A stretch of DNA of 64,000 bases from an uncultured Actinomycetota bacterium (GTDB taxonomy: Bacteria; Actinomycetota; Actinomycetes; Propionibacteriales; Nocardioidaceae): positions 189 to 64,188 of the forward strand of contig CAWCPG010000024.1 in the NCBI GenBank assembly GCA_963797325.1, written 5' to 3'. The first letter of the stretch is position 1. Each line of letters starts with the position of its first letter. Shown piece by piece: positions 1-9,298 of this stretch. Under the pieces are notes generated by a model that saw nothing but the letters and a program-made list of their open reading frames with translations, ran no database searches and was not told the DNA's origin. The position numbers and the translations under genes are program-made.

Positions 1-335
1 CCACGACGTACTACCTCACGTGCCCGCGCGCCGCTTCCCTGATCGGGACCCTCGAGGGCTCGGGCTTGATGCGGGAGATGCAGTCCCGCCTGGGCGGAGG
101 ACCCCGACCTCGCCGCGGCGTACGCCGCCGCCCACCGGGCCTACCTCGCCGCCCGCGGCCGAGCTCGGCGAGCGTCCCCGAGATCGAGGGGATCTCCGCC
201 GGCGGCATGCCCGACCGGGTCAAGTGCCTGCACGTGCTGGCCGGCCAGGCGCTCGCGCAGGGCCGGGGCGTGAACCCCCTCGGCGACGAGGTGCTCGACC
301 TGCTGGGCGCCTGGTGGGAGAGCGGCCCGTGCGTG
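1..335 (+). CDS. DUF501 family protein (Rv1025-like), 5'-truncated by window edge, frameshifted
   Basis: TTYYLTCPRAASLIGTLEGSGLMREM and SAGGMPDRVKCLHVL..GVNPLGDE motifs; lies upstream of ppx as usual. Confidence 0.85.
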
Positions 336-1215
336 CGGGTAGCCGCCATCGACTGCGGCACCAACACGATCAAGCTGCTCATCGGACGCTGCCCCGCTGT
401 CGCGTCCGCGAGATGCGGATGGTCCGGCTCGGCCAGGACCTCGACCGGACCGGCCGGATCGCGGACCAGGCGCTGGAGCGCGCGTTCGCCGCGATCGAGG
501 AGTACGCCGGGCTGATCCGGCCCACGACGCGTCGCGAGTGCGCTTCGGCCACGTCGGCGCTCGCGACGCGACCAACGCCTCGGTCTTCGTCGCCGGGGTG
601 CGCGAGCGGCTCGGGGTCGAGCCGGACGTCTGTCGGGGACGTGGAGGCGGCGCTGTCCTTCGACGGCGCCATGCGCGACCTCCGGGGGAGCCGCGCCGCC
701 GGTGCTGGTGGTCGACATCGGCGGCGGGTCGACCGAGCTGGTCCTCGGCGCGGAGACGCCCGACCTCGGACTCGATGGACATCGGCTCGGTGCGGCTCCA
801 CGAGCGGCACCTCCACGACGACCCGCCCACGCCCGAGCAGCTCGCCGCCTGCGTGGCCGACATCGACGCCCACCTCGACGCAGGCCCGGTGTCGCCGCGG
901 AGGCGCGCACGGTGGTCGGCACGCCGGCACCGTCAAGACGCTCGCCGCGGTGGCGCTCGACCTGCCGTTCTACGACCGCGACGCCTCGACGGTGCGGTCC
1001 TCGGCGCCGCGGCGACGCGCGCGTACGTCGAGCGCCTCCTCGCATGACCGTCGCCGAGCGGCGCGCCATCCCCGCGATGCACCCGGCCGCGCCGACGTCA
1101 TCGGCGCCGGGGTGCTGATCTGGGCACCGCGTGCTGGCGGCTCCGGCGTCGCGGACTATCGGGTCTCCGACGCCGACATCCTCGACGGGATCGCTTGGTC
1201 GCTGGTGGACGAGAC
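333..1215 (+). CDS. ppx2: Ppx/GppA exopolyphosphatase (Rv1026/Ppx2-like), multiply frameshifted; end approximate
   Basis: [67 protein letters not shown] and DILDGIA pieces across three frames. Confidence 0.85.
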
Positions 1216-2060
1216 GGGACCGCGCTCCCGCACCCGGTCACGGGGCAGCCGTTCGCCAGTCCGGTGCCGCCGGGCACGGGCTGGCCGGACGACCCGGCGA
1301 CGCCGGCGACGCCGGTGGCGCGCACTCCGGCCGCCGTACGACGGCTGGCCGGCACCGACGACCTGCGCGAGCTCGAGGCGCGGATCAGGGTCTGCGCGGC
1401 GTGCCCACGGCTGGTCCGGTGGCGCGAGGACGTGGCCCGCGACAAGCGCGCGTCGTTCGCGGCCCAGCCCTACTGGGGCCGGCCGATCGCGGGCTGGGGC
1501 GCACCGACCACCGGGTCGGCGAGGCCCGGGTCGTGATCGTCGGCCTGGCGCCGGCCGCGCACGGCGGCAACCGGACCGGCCGCGTCTTCACCGGCGACTC
1601 CTCGGGCGACTGGCTCTTCGCGAGCCTGCACCGCGTCGGCCTGGCGACGCAGGAGCGCAGCGAGCATGCCGGCGACGGGCAGGCGCTCGTGGACGCCCGG
1701 ATGGTGGCGACCGTCCGCTGCGCGCCGCCGGAGAACAAGCCGACCGTCGCCGAGCGCGACGCCTGCGCCCCCTGGATCAACCGCGAGCTCGCGCTGCTCG
1801 CGCCCACCACCCGGGTGGTGGTCGCGCTGGGCGCCTACGGCTGGGACGGCGCCCTGCGAGCGCTGGCCGGCGCGGGGTTCGTCGTACCGAGGCCGAAGCC
1901 GCGGTTCGCGCACGGGGCCCGGGCGACGCTCGCCTCCGAGGCCCACGCGGTGACCCTGCTGGGGTGCTACCACCCGTCGCAGCACAACACGTTCACCGGG
2001 CGACTCACCCCGGCGATGCTCGACGACGTGCTCGGTGCGGCCCGCGACCTGGCAGGCTGA
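1195..2060 (+). CDS. udgB: uracil-DNA glycosylase, family 5 (UdgB-like, Fe-S), frameshift near 1510; start approximate
   Basis: [46 protein letters not shown] and [12 protein letters not shown] motifs. Confidence 0.85.
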
Positions 2061-2122
2061 CCGTCGTCGGTCGAGCCGCCGCTCGTCGAGCTGTCGTTCG
2101 TCGGTCGAGCGGAGTCTTGACC
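2061..2122 (+). repeat. REP-like element GGTCGAGCGGAGTCTTGACC preceded by degenerate partial copies
   Basis: three GTCGAGC-ending units right after the udg stop; same core at 43240 and 49545. Confidence 0.55.
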
Positions 2123-2141
2123 CTGCGACAATCAGTCCCCG

Positions 2142-2215
2142 GCCCCTGTATCCCAACCGGTAGAGGAAGCCGCCTTAAAAGCGGTTCAGTCTGGGTTCGA
2201 CCCCCAGCGGGGGCA
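2142..2215 (+). tRNA. tRNA-Leu(UAA), short variable loop, CCA not encoded
   Basis: acceptor stem GCCCCTG/CGGGGGC, discriminator A, anticodon stem GCCGC/GCGGT with loop CTTAAAA (TAA at 2176-2178), T arm CTGGG-TTCGACC-CCCAG. Confidence 0.95.
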
Positions 2216-2217
2216 CC

Positions 2218-2994
2218 TCACGCCGGCGGAGACGCCACCAGCCCGCGCAGCTCGTCGAGCCAGCCCTCCTCCTTCGGCCAGACCGACCGCATCAGCCAGG
2301 TGACGCCGACGGCCTCGAACTCCTCGGCCGCTGTGTCGGGTGCCCACTGCGCGACCAGGTCCCATCCCTCGCGAGGATGCTCGCCGACGTAGGACGCGAG
2401 GTCGGCGGGGGACAGGAAGGGTCGGCGATCGGGACGTAGCCGTCCCACCGCTTGGCCCGCGCCAGGGGCCGGGTGTGCGGCGCCCGGCCGGCGACCCAGA
2501 TCGGGATCCGCGGCCGCTGCACCGGCAGCGGGCGCAGCGAGGCCTCGACGTCGAGGTGGCTGCCGTGGTGGGAGGCGCGGCCGTCGCCGAGCAGGCCCCC
2601 GAGCACGGTCAGGGCCTCGTCGGTGATCTCGGCCCGCACGCGGTAGGAGGGCTCGTCGCCGAAGTCGGAGAAGTCGAGGTCGGGCGGGTCGCCGAGCCCG
2701 ACGCCCAGCACCGCCCGGCCCTGGCTGAGGTGGTCGAGCGTCGTCAGCGTGCTTGGCGACGACCTGCGGACGACGCCGCGACAGCGGCGTGACCATGGTG
2801 CCGAGCCGGACCCGCTCGGTCTCCCGGGCGATGGCGCCGAGCAGCACCCACGGGTCGTGGGCGTCGACGACGCCGTCCCACTGGAGGTGGTCCCAGAGGA
2901 AGAAGCCGTCCCAGCCGGAGGCCTCCGCGAGGCGGGCCAGCCGCACCACCTCGGCGGGATCGGTGAACGGCGGCACGCTGAGCCCGAATCGCAT
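2218..2994 (-). CDS. LLM-class flavin-dependent oxidoreductase, frameshifted
   Basis: MRFGLSVPPF..GWDGFFLWDH..DPWVLLGAIA..RLGTMVTPLSRRRP, then TLDHLSQGRAVLGVGLG and PVQRPRIPIWVAG in another frame; leaderless-type TAGGTT upstream. Confidence 0.85.
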   Translation of the reverse strand: MRFGLSVPPFTDPAEVVRLARLAEASGWDGFFLWDHLQWDGVVDAHDPWVLLGAIARETERVRLGTMVTPLSRRRPQVVAKHADDARPPQPGPGGAGRRARRPARPRLLRLRRRALLPRAGRDHRRGPDRARGPARRRPRLPPRQPPRRRGLAAPAAGAAAADPDLGRRPGAAHPAPGAGQAVGRLRPDRRPFLSPADLASYVGEHPREGWDLVAQWAPDTAAEEFEAVGVTWLMRSVWPKEEGWLDELRGLVASPPA

Positions 2995-3131
2995 CCCGCG
3001 AACCTAACAGCGGCCGCCGACGGCCCTCGGCGCCCGGATGCCCACCCGCTCCGGTTCCGGGGTACCGATCGGTAGGATCTGCACCAGCGGTCCGTCAGAG
3101 CGACGGCCGTGGCGGCCTCCGAGGAGAGACC

Positions 3132-3989
3132 ATGCAGAGCAACAACCCCGTCTTCCGCAACTCCGACGAGTTCAACGGACGCGCGAACGCGTACGGCAAC
3201 CGGGTGTACGACGGAAGCGGCACCGCCACGCCGGGCTACGGCACCTCCGACCCGTCCACCTGGAGCACCGGCACTCCCACCCACACCGGCGCCGACGCGG
3301 GCGTGATGACGATCGACAGCGTGGTCCAGAAGACCGGCCTCACGCTGCTCGTGCTCCTCGTCGCGGCGTTCGCGACCTGGACCCTGACGCCCGCGATCAG
3401 CGACACCATGACGCAGGCCCAGATCAACCAGCTCTACGCCGCGATGACGATCGGCGGTCTCGGCGCCTTCGGCCTGTCCATGCTCAACTCCTTCAAGCGC
3501 GTGATCAGCCCGGCCTTCGTGCTGGCCTTCGCCGCGCTCGAGGGCGTGGCGCTCGGTGCGTTCAGCAAGTTCTTCGACTACCAGTACGGCGGCGGCATCG
3601 TCATCCAGGCGGTGATCGGCACCTTCGCGGCCTTCGCCGGCACCCTGGCGGCGTACCGGTTCTTCCACATCAAGGTCAGCAACAAGTTCCGGATGGGCGT
3701 GATCGCGGCCATGTTCGGCATGGTCGGCCTGATGCTGCTGCAGCTGGTCGTGAGCCTGTTCGGCGGCGACCTCGGCTTCAGCAGCCTCACCGGGATCGGG
3801 TTCCTCTTCTCGATCCTCGGGCTCGTGCTCGGCGTCCTGATGCTGGTCCTCGACTTCGACTTCGTCGAGAACGGCGTCCGAGCCGGACTGCCCGAGCGCG
3901 AGTCGTGGCGGGCGGCCTTCGGCCTGACCGTCAGCCTGGTCTGGATCTACACCAACCTGCTGCGGATCCTGGCCGTCATGCGTCGCTGA
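3132..3989 (+). CDS. Bax inhibitor-1/YccA family membrane protein (Rv1072-like)
   Basis: MQSNNPVF start, MTIDSVVQKT, LVLDFDFVE..W.AAFGLTVSLVWIY; GAGGAG RBS. Confidence 0.9.
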   Translation: MQSNNPVFRNSDEFNGRANAYGNRVYDGSGTATPGYGTSDPSTWSTGTPTHTGADAGVMTIDSVVQKTGLTLLVLLVAAFATWTLTPAISDTMTQAQINQLYAAMTIGGLGAFGLSMLNSFKRVISPAFVLAFAALEGVALGAFSKFFDYQYGGGIVIQAVIGTFAAFAGTLAAYRFFHIKVSNKFRMGVIAAMFGMVGLMLLQLVVSLFGGDLGFSSLTGIGFLFSILGLVLGVLMLVLDFDFVENGVRAGLPERESWRAAFGLTVSLVWIYTNLLRILAVMRR

Positions 3990-4955
3990 CGACCTCGTCG
4001 TCCGAGGGGGCCTCTGGGACGGAGCGGAGCCGGGCACGCCGGCGTACCTCCACCCAGAGGCCCTTCTTGTCTCCGAGCTCCGTGCCGGGTGTCTGGGCCG
4101 ACCGCACGGCCGCAGTGGCGACCGGCATCGTGCCCTCGCCCCGGGCCCGCAGCGGCTCGTCCTCGCCGAAGCCCAGCGCGTTGAGGGCGCTCGGGACGAG
4201 CACCTCCGCCAGGGCGCGGTAGCCCTCGGCGGAGGGGTGGAACCGGTCGGGGCCGAAGAGCAGCGCGGGTGCGGCCTCGAAGTCGGGACCGAGGATCGAG
4301 CCCAGCGAGACCGCCACACCCTCCTCCTCCACGACCGCGATGGCCTGCGCCGCGGCCAGTCGGCGCGACCACGAGCGGGCGACCTGCTTGAGCGGGGGAG
4401 GGATCGGCTTGACCGTGCCGAGGTCGGGACAGGTGCCGACCAGGACCTTCGCGCCGGCCTCGCGGAGCCGGCGTACGCCGGCGCCGAGGTGGCGCACCGA
4501 CTGCGAGGGGCGCACCTGGTGGGTCACGTCGTTGGCGCCGACGAGGATCACCGCGAGGTCGGGATCGGTGGCCAGCGCCCGCTCGATCTGGCCGGCCAGG
4601 TCGGACGACTGGGCGCCCACCTTCGCGAACGCGCGCAGGTGGACGCGGCGGTCGGCGCCGGCCGCGATGCCGCTGGCGAGATGGCCCCGGGGGTCTCGAC
4701 GGCGCGGTCGACGCCGTAGCCGGCGGCGCTGGAGTCGCCGAGGAGGGCGACCTTGATGGCGGGTCCGGGACGGCCGCGGCCGTACCAGCCGGTGGAGTCG
4801 GGCGGGGGCTCGTCGCCGGCGTTGCCGATGGCATGTCGCGCCACCGTCGCCTCGGCCCGCAGCACGCCGTAGAGACCCGCGCCCAGCACGGAGAGACCTC
4901 CGCCCCCGAACGCGGCGGCGGAGGCCAGCTTGCGTGCCGCAGCGGCCCTTCCCAT
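3976..4955 (-). CDS. SGNH/GDSL hydrolase (Rv1075c-like), frameshift near 4685
   Basis: LLGDSSAAGYG block I, ILVGANDV block III, GPDRFHPSAEGY block V. Confidence 0.88.
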
Positions 4956-5144
4956 GAGGCCAACCTAGCGATCGGTCCGGGGGTGGGGGCCGTCGCCCCC
5001 AGGGCGGCCGGTCGACGCCCGCGCCGACGGGCGTGACTCGGGTCTCACCGAAAATTGGAACGATCTAACGTGTTCGAAACATTGAACCCGGAGAGTGGAG
5101 ACGACGGGCCGGCACGCGGCCCGCCTCACGGAAGGAGACGCACC

Positions 5145-5261
5145 ATGAACGGCACCACGATCCGTGGTCTCGGCCGGCAGCTGCTGCGCCGCGCCAACCG
5201 CTACACGCTCTGGGCCTTCAACCCGCAGCCGGAGCTGACCAGCCGCTACGAGCGCGGCTGA
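5145..5261 (+). CDS. small hypothetical protein, 38 aa
   Basis: GAAGGAG RBS upstream of ATG; GC3-rich codons; MNGTTIRGLGRQLLRRANRYTLWAFNPQPELTSRYERG. Confidence 0.55.
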   Translation: MNGTTIRGLGRQLLRRANRYTLWAFNPQPELTSRYERG

Positions 5262-5282
5262 CCCGAGGACGTCGCCGGCCAC

Positions 5283-6122
5283 CTACGGGTGGCCAGGACG
5301 AGGTGCGACGGCCGCGGCCGGTCCTGACCGTCGGGGGGCGTCAGACCCAGGCAACGGCGGATCGTCGCACCCTCGTCCTCCGGCCTCACCTCGGTGAAGC
5401 CGGACCGGCGCGCGAGCTCGGCGAGCTCCGGGTAGGCGTACGCGCTCACCCAGGGCTCGCCGAGTCGCGCCACCGCCTCCCGCCGCTGCCGCATCAGCGC
5501 GGCCGTCTCGGCGGCGTCGTCCACCGGGCGTCGCGTGGTCGAGCACGACCGCTGAGGAGCGCAGGCCACCGATCCGGCCCAGCGTCGACTCGACGGCGGG
5601 CCCGGTGAGGTACGGCGTGACGCCGAGCCACCAGAACAGCACCGGCCGGTCCAGGTCGAGGCTCGCGTCGAGGACCTCCCGGAAGTCCTGCTGCTCGAAG
5701 TCGACCGCGGCGTGGACGACGGTGTCGGGGATCCCGATGGCGGCCTCGGCCAGGCGTTCGAGCTTCCACGCCCGGGTGGCCGGATGGTCGACCTCGACGA
5801 CGCGGAGCCCGTCGTAGGGGTTGCGGTAGGCGAACGTGTCGAGGCCCGCCCCCAGGACGACGAGCTGGTCGACGCCGGCCGCGGTCGCCTCGGCGAGCAC
5901 CTGCTCGGCGAACCTGCTGCGGGCGCACACGAACCAGCGCATCCGGTGGTCGCCGCGCTCCCGCGCTCGGGCCACGAGGTCGTCGGGATCGTCGCCGCAC
6001 ACCCGGACCGCGAGCGGGTCCTCGAGGATCGATCCGCCCTCGAGCAGCTGGTGCACGGCGCGGTGTCGCGCAGCGCCCAACGCCGTACGGCTGGCGGGGC
6101 TGTCGGCGTCCACACGGGCCAT
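5283..6122 (-). CDS. class I SAM-dependent methyltransferase (leucine carboxyl MTase/TIGR00027-like), frameshift near 5525
   Basis: SRTALGAARHRA, QLVVLGAGLDTFAYR, VEVDHPAT, WLGVTPYL. Confidence 0.85.
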   Translation of the reverse strand: MARVDADSPASRTALGAARHRAVHQLLEGGSILEDPLAVRVCGDDPDDLVARARERGDHRMRWFVCARSRFAEQVLAEATAAGVDQLVVLGAGLDTFAYRNPYDGLRVVEVDHPATRAWKLERLAEAAIGIPDTVVHAAVDFEQQDFREVLDASLDLDRPVLFWWLGVTPYLTGPAVESTLGRIGGLRSSAVVLDHATPGGRRRRDGRADAAAAGGGGATRRALGERVRLPGARRARAPVRLHRGEAGGRGCDDPPLPGSDAPRRSGPAAAVAPRPGHP

Positions 6123-6169
6123 TCTCGCCGATGTGAAACGAGCTCCGCACCGCGGCTATGTTGACCGCC

Positions 6170-7570
6170 ATGGAGTATGTGGAGTCGCTGCTCGACCTCG
6201 TCGGAAACACCCCACTGGTGCGGTTGCGCGGCACGCTCGACCTGCCCGACGGCGGCGGTGACCGGGGCCCGCTGGTGCTCGCCAAGGTGGAGTACCTCAA
6301 CCCCGGCGGCTCGGTGAAGGACCGGATCGCGACGCGGATGATCGACGCCGCCGAGGCCTCCGGTGAGCTGCAGCCGGGCGGCACGATCGTCGAGCCGACC
6401 TCGGGCAACACCGGGGTCGGTCTCGCCATGGTCGCCCAGTCGCGCGGCTACCACTGCGTCTTCGTCTGCCCCGACAAGGTCAGCGAGGACAAGCGCAACG
6501 TGCTCAAGGCGTACGGCGCGGACGTCGTCGTCTGCCCGACCGCCGTCGCCCCCGAGCACCCCGACTCCTACTACAACGTCAGCGACCGGCTCTCCAAGGA
6601 GCCGGGCGCCTGGAAGCCCGATCAGTACTCCAACCAGAACAACCCGCGGTCCCACTACGAGACGACCGGCCCGGAGATCTGGCGGCAGACCGAGGGGCGG
6701 ATCACGCACTTCGTCTGCGGCATGGGCACCGGCGGCACGATCAGTGGCGTCGGTCGCTACCTCAAGGAGCAGAACCCCGCGGTCCAGGTGATCGGTGCCG
6801 ACCCCGCGGGCTCGGTCTACTCCGGCGGCACCGGCCGCCCCTACCTCGTGGAGGGCGTGGGCGAGGACTTCTGGCCCGAGACCTACGACCGCTCGGTCGC
6901 CGACCGCGTGATCGAGGTCTCCGACGCCGACTCCTTCTCGTTCACGCGGCGGCTGGCGCGCGAGGAGGCCATGCTCGTGGGGGGGTCGTCCGGGATGGCG
7001 GCGTACGCCGCACGCCAGGTGGCCCAGGAGCTCGCCGGCACCCCCGAGGGCGACGGCGCGGTGATCGTCGTACTCCTGCCGGACTCCGGGCGCGGGTACC
7101 TGACCAAGGTCTTCAACGACGAGTGGCTGGCGCAGTACGGCTTCGCGAACGGGATGACCTCGAACGACCAGACGGTCGGCGAGGTGCTCCGCGGCAAGTC
7201 GGGTCGGCTGCCCGACCTGGTGCACACGCACCCGGCCGAGACCATCGCCGAGGCCGTGGCGATCCTGCAGGAGTACAGCGTCTCCCAGATGCCCGTCGTC
7301 CGGGCCGAGCCGCCGATCGTGGCCGCCGAGGTGGCCGGATCGGTGTCGGAGCGCACCCTGCTGGAGGCACTGTTCACCGGCGCCGCCCACCTCGCCGACC
7401 CCGTCGAGCACCACATGTCACCGCCGCTGCCGACCATCGGCTCGAGCGAGTCCGCCCACGAGGCCGTCGCGCTCCTCGAGGACGCCGACGCCGTCCTGGT
7501 CCACGAGGACGGCAAGCCGGTCGGGGTCCTCACCCGCCAGGACCTCCTGGCCTTCCTCGCCAGCGCCTGA
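6170..7570 (+). CDS. cbs: cystathionine beta-synthase with C-terminal CBS pair
   Basis: KVEYLNPGGSVKDR PLP lysine motif, EPTSGNTG, GMGTGGT, C-terminal CBS domains; TATGTT leaderless -10. Confidence 0.95.
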   Translation: MEYVESLLDLVGNTPLVRLRGTLDLPDGGGDRGPLVLAKVEYLNPGGSVKDRIATRMIDAAEASGELQPGGTIVEPTSGNTGVGLAMVAQSRGYHCVFVCPDKVSEDKRNVLKAYGADVVVCPTAVAPEHPDSYYNVSDRLSKEPGAWKPDQYSNQNNPRSHYETTGPEIWRQTEGRITHFVCGMGTGGTISGVGRYLKEQNPAVQVIGADPAGSVYSGGTGRPYLVEGVGEDFWPETYDRSVADRVIEVSDADSFSFTRRLAREEAMLVGGSSGMAAYAARQVAQELAGTPEGDGAVIVVLLPDSGRGYLTKVFNDEWLAQYGFANGMTSNDQTVGEVLRGKSGRLPDLVHTHPAETIAEAVAILQEYSVSQMPVVRAEPPIVAAEVAGSVSERTLLEALFTGAAHLADPVEHHMSPPLPTIGSSESAHEAVALLEDADAVLVHEDGKPVGVLTRQDLLAFLASA

Positions 7571-7668
7571 CCTCGGCCCACCGCTCTCGAAGCTGGCCCT
7601 GGCTTCATCATGTGAGTGGCCGCGGCCAGCGCGCCGGCCAGCGGCAGCGAATGTCTGACTGCGAGCCC

Positions 7669-7703
7669 TTGCCCAATGCGTTAGTGATCGCTAACGTATT
7701 GGG
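7669..7703 (+). promoter_or_regulatory. leaderless promoter overlapped by a 13-bp inverted-repeat operator (ArsR)
   Basis: TTGCCC-17 bp-TAACGT-6 bp-ATG; CCCAATGCGTTAG-N6-CTAACGTATTGGG (12/13 match). Confidence 0.75.
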
Positions 7704-8042
7704 ATGACCGACGCGTTCGCAGCAGCAGCGGAGCCGACCAGGCGCCGCATCCTGCAGCTGCTGGCGCGCGGCCCGGAGTACGCCGGTGACATCGCCGGCC
7801 ACTTCGACGTCACCCGCCCGGCCATCAGCCAGCACCTCGGCGTCCTCGTCGGGGCCGGGCTGGTGACCGCCGAGCAGCAGGGACGGCAGCGCCTCTACCG
7901 CATCGACCCCTCGGGGATCGCGCGGCTCCAGGCCGAGATCGCCACCTTCTGGACCCACGAGCTCGACGAGCTCGTCCGCGACGCAGATCGCCTGGCCGGC
8001 GGCTCGCGTCGTACCGACACCGCACCCGAGGAGAAACCATGA
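7704..8042 (+). CDS. ArsR/SmtB family transcriptional regulator
   Basis: AAEPTRRRILQLL, GDIAGHFDVTRPAISQHLGVL wHTH. Confidence 0.9.
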   Translation: MTDAFAAAAEPTRRRILQLLARGPEYAGDIAGHFDVTRPAISQHLGVLVGAGLVTAEQQGRQRLYRIDPSGIARLQAEIATFWTHELDELVRDADRLAGGSRRTDTAPEEKP

Positions 8043-9032
8043 ACGACGTCTTCACCGCCAGCGTCGACCTGCCCGTCGGTCCCGACGAGGCCTTCGCGCT
8101 GGTGACCGACCCGGAGCGGCTCCGCCGCTGGACCGCGGTCTGCGCCACCGTCGACCTGCGGGCCGGAGGCTCCTGGAGCTGGCTGGTCACGCCGGGTCCG
8201 ACCCATCTGGCGGGCGGGACCGTCCGCGAGGTCGAGCCGGGCCGCCGCCTGGTCCTCGGGTGGGGCTGGGAGGGTGACGACGCCCTGCCACCGGACGCCT
8301 CCACGGTGACGGTCACCATCGAGGGGACCGAGACCGGCAGCCGCCTGACCCTCGAGCACGCCGGCCTGGTCGGCGAGCAGCTGCAGGGTCACGCGGCGGG
8401 CTGGGAGCACTACCTCGACCGGCTCGAGCGGCTCGCGGTCAAGGGCGACGCCGGCCCCGACGAGTGGGCCTGGGCGCCGCAGGACCTCGACCCCATCACC
8501 GCCGGGTACGCCGCGCTGGCCACGATCCAGCCCGTCCTGCGCGGCCTCACGGCCGAGGACAAGCCCAAGGCGACGCCGTGCACGGAGCTCAGCTGCCACC
8601 AGGTCGCGGTCCACCTGATGAAGTCCGTCACCGACCTCGGCGCCATGGCCGGCGCCACGGTCGAGATGCCCGCCGACGGGTCGCTGGAGAGCAAGGTCTC
8701 GCAGATGAGCGACCAGACCCTCCGGGCCTGGCAGGCGCGCGGCCTCGAGGGCACGGTCAGCGATCCGGCCGGGCAGCGACATGCCGGCGGCCTTCAGCCC
8801 GGCGATCCTCGCGATCGAGCTGCTGCTGCACGGCTGGGACCTGGCCCAGGGCAGCGGCCAGACGATGGAGGTCTCCGACGAGGTCGTGGCCTACGTCGCG
8901 GGGCTCGCCGAGCCGATCATCCCCACCGGTCGCGGGGACGCCTTCGCCGACGAGGTGGAGCCGGCCGCCGGAGCCGGCGCGCTGGACCGGTTCGCGGCGT
9001 ACTCCGGCCGTCGCCCCGTGGGGGTCGTCTGA
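8039..9032 (+). CDS. SRPBCC (Aha1-like) domain fused to TIGR03086/MDMPI-like metal-binding domain, frameshift near 8775
   Basis: FALVTDPERLRRW, LVLGWGWE, GWEHYLDRL, then ATPCTELSCHQVAVHL and ELLLHGWDLA..YSGR; ATGA overlap with ArsR gene. Confidence 0.8.
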
Positions 9033-9072
9033 CCGAGGTTCACTCCCAGGTGAACCTGGGGCGGGCGACTGA

Positions 9073-9114
9073 AGGACCCCACCGCCGGATCTGCCCAGAA
9101 CGACGGTGGGGCCC
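9073..9114. terminator. GC-rich hairpin downstream of the SRPBCC gene
   Basis: CCCCACCG...CGGTGGGG inverted repeat. Confidence 0.4.
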
Positions 9115-9201
9115 TGGTCCCGGGCGACGGGATGCCCGGGAGTCGGAGGCGCCCGATCGAGGACGCCCTCCGACCCTAGGAAGTCGCGGTGCTTCCGGGC
9201 A

Positions 9202-9240
9202 GGGGCGGAGGGCCTGCGCGAGAGAGAGGACCAAGGTCCC
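9202..9240 (+). promoter_or_regulatory. DevR/DosR-box-like pair upstream of cydA
   Basis: AGGACCAAGGTCCC (9227-9240) and GGGGCGGAGGGCCT (9202-9215) fit the GGGACTnnnGTCCC-type palindrome. Confidence 0.65.
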
Positions 9241-9298
9241 GACATTGCGGGTCACACGGGCTTACCCCGCGCACGAAGCGGGCCACGAGACTGTGCGC

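Noticed and set aside
2142-2230. Integrative element at tRNA-Leu
   Set aside because: No integrase is present, and I saw no duplicated tRNA 3' end (att site) elsewhere in the window.
5056-5090. LexA/SOS box upstream of the small ORF
   Set aside because: The GAAC and GTTC half-sites are 10 nt apart, not the TCGAAC-N4-GTTCGA geometry.
9108-9121. Extra DevR box GGGGCCCTGGTCCC
   Set aside because: It overlaps the arm of the preceding GC hairpin and lies far from the cydA start, so it cannot be told apart from chance.
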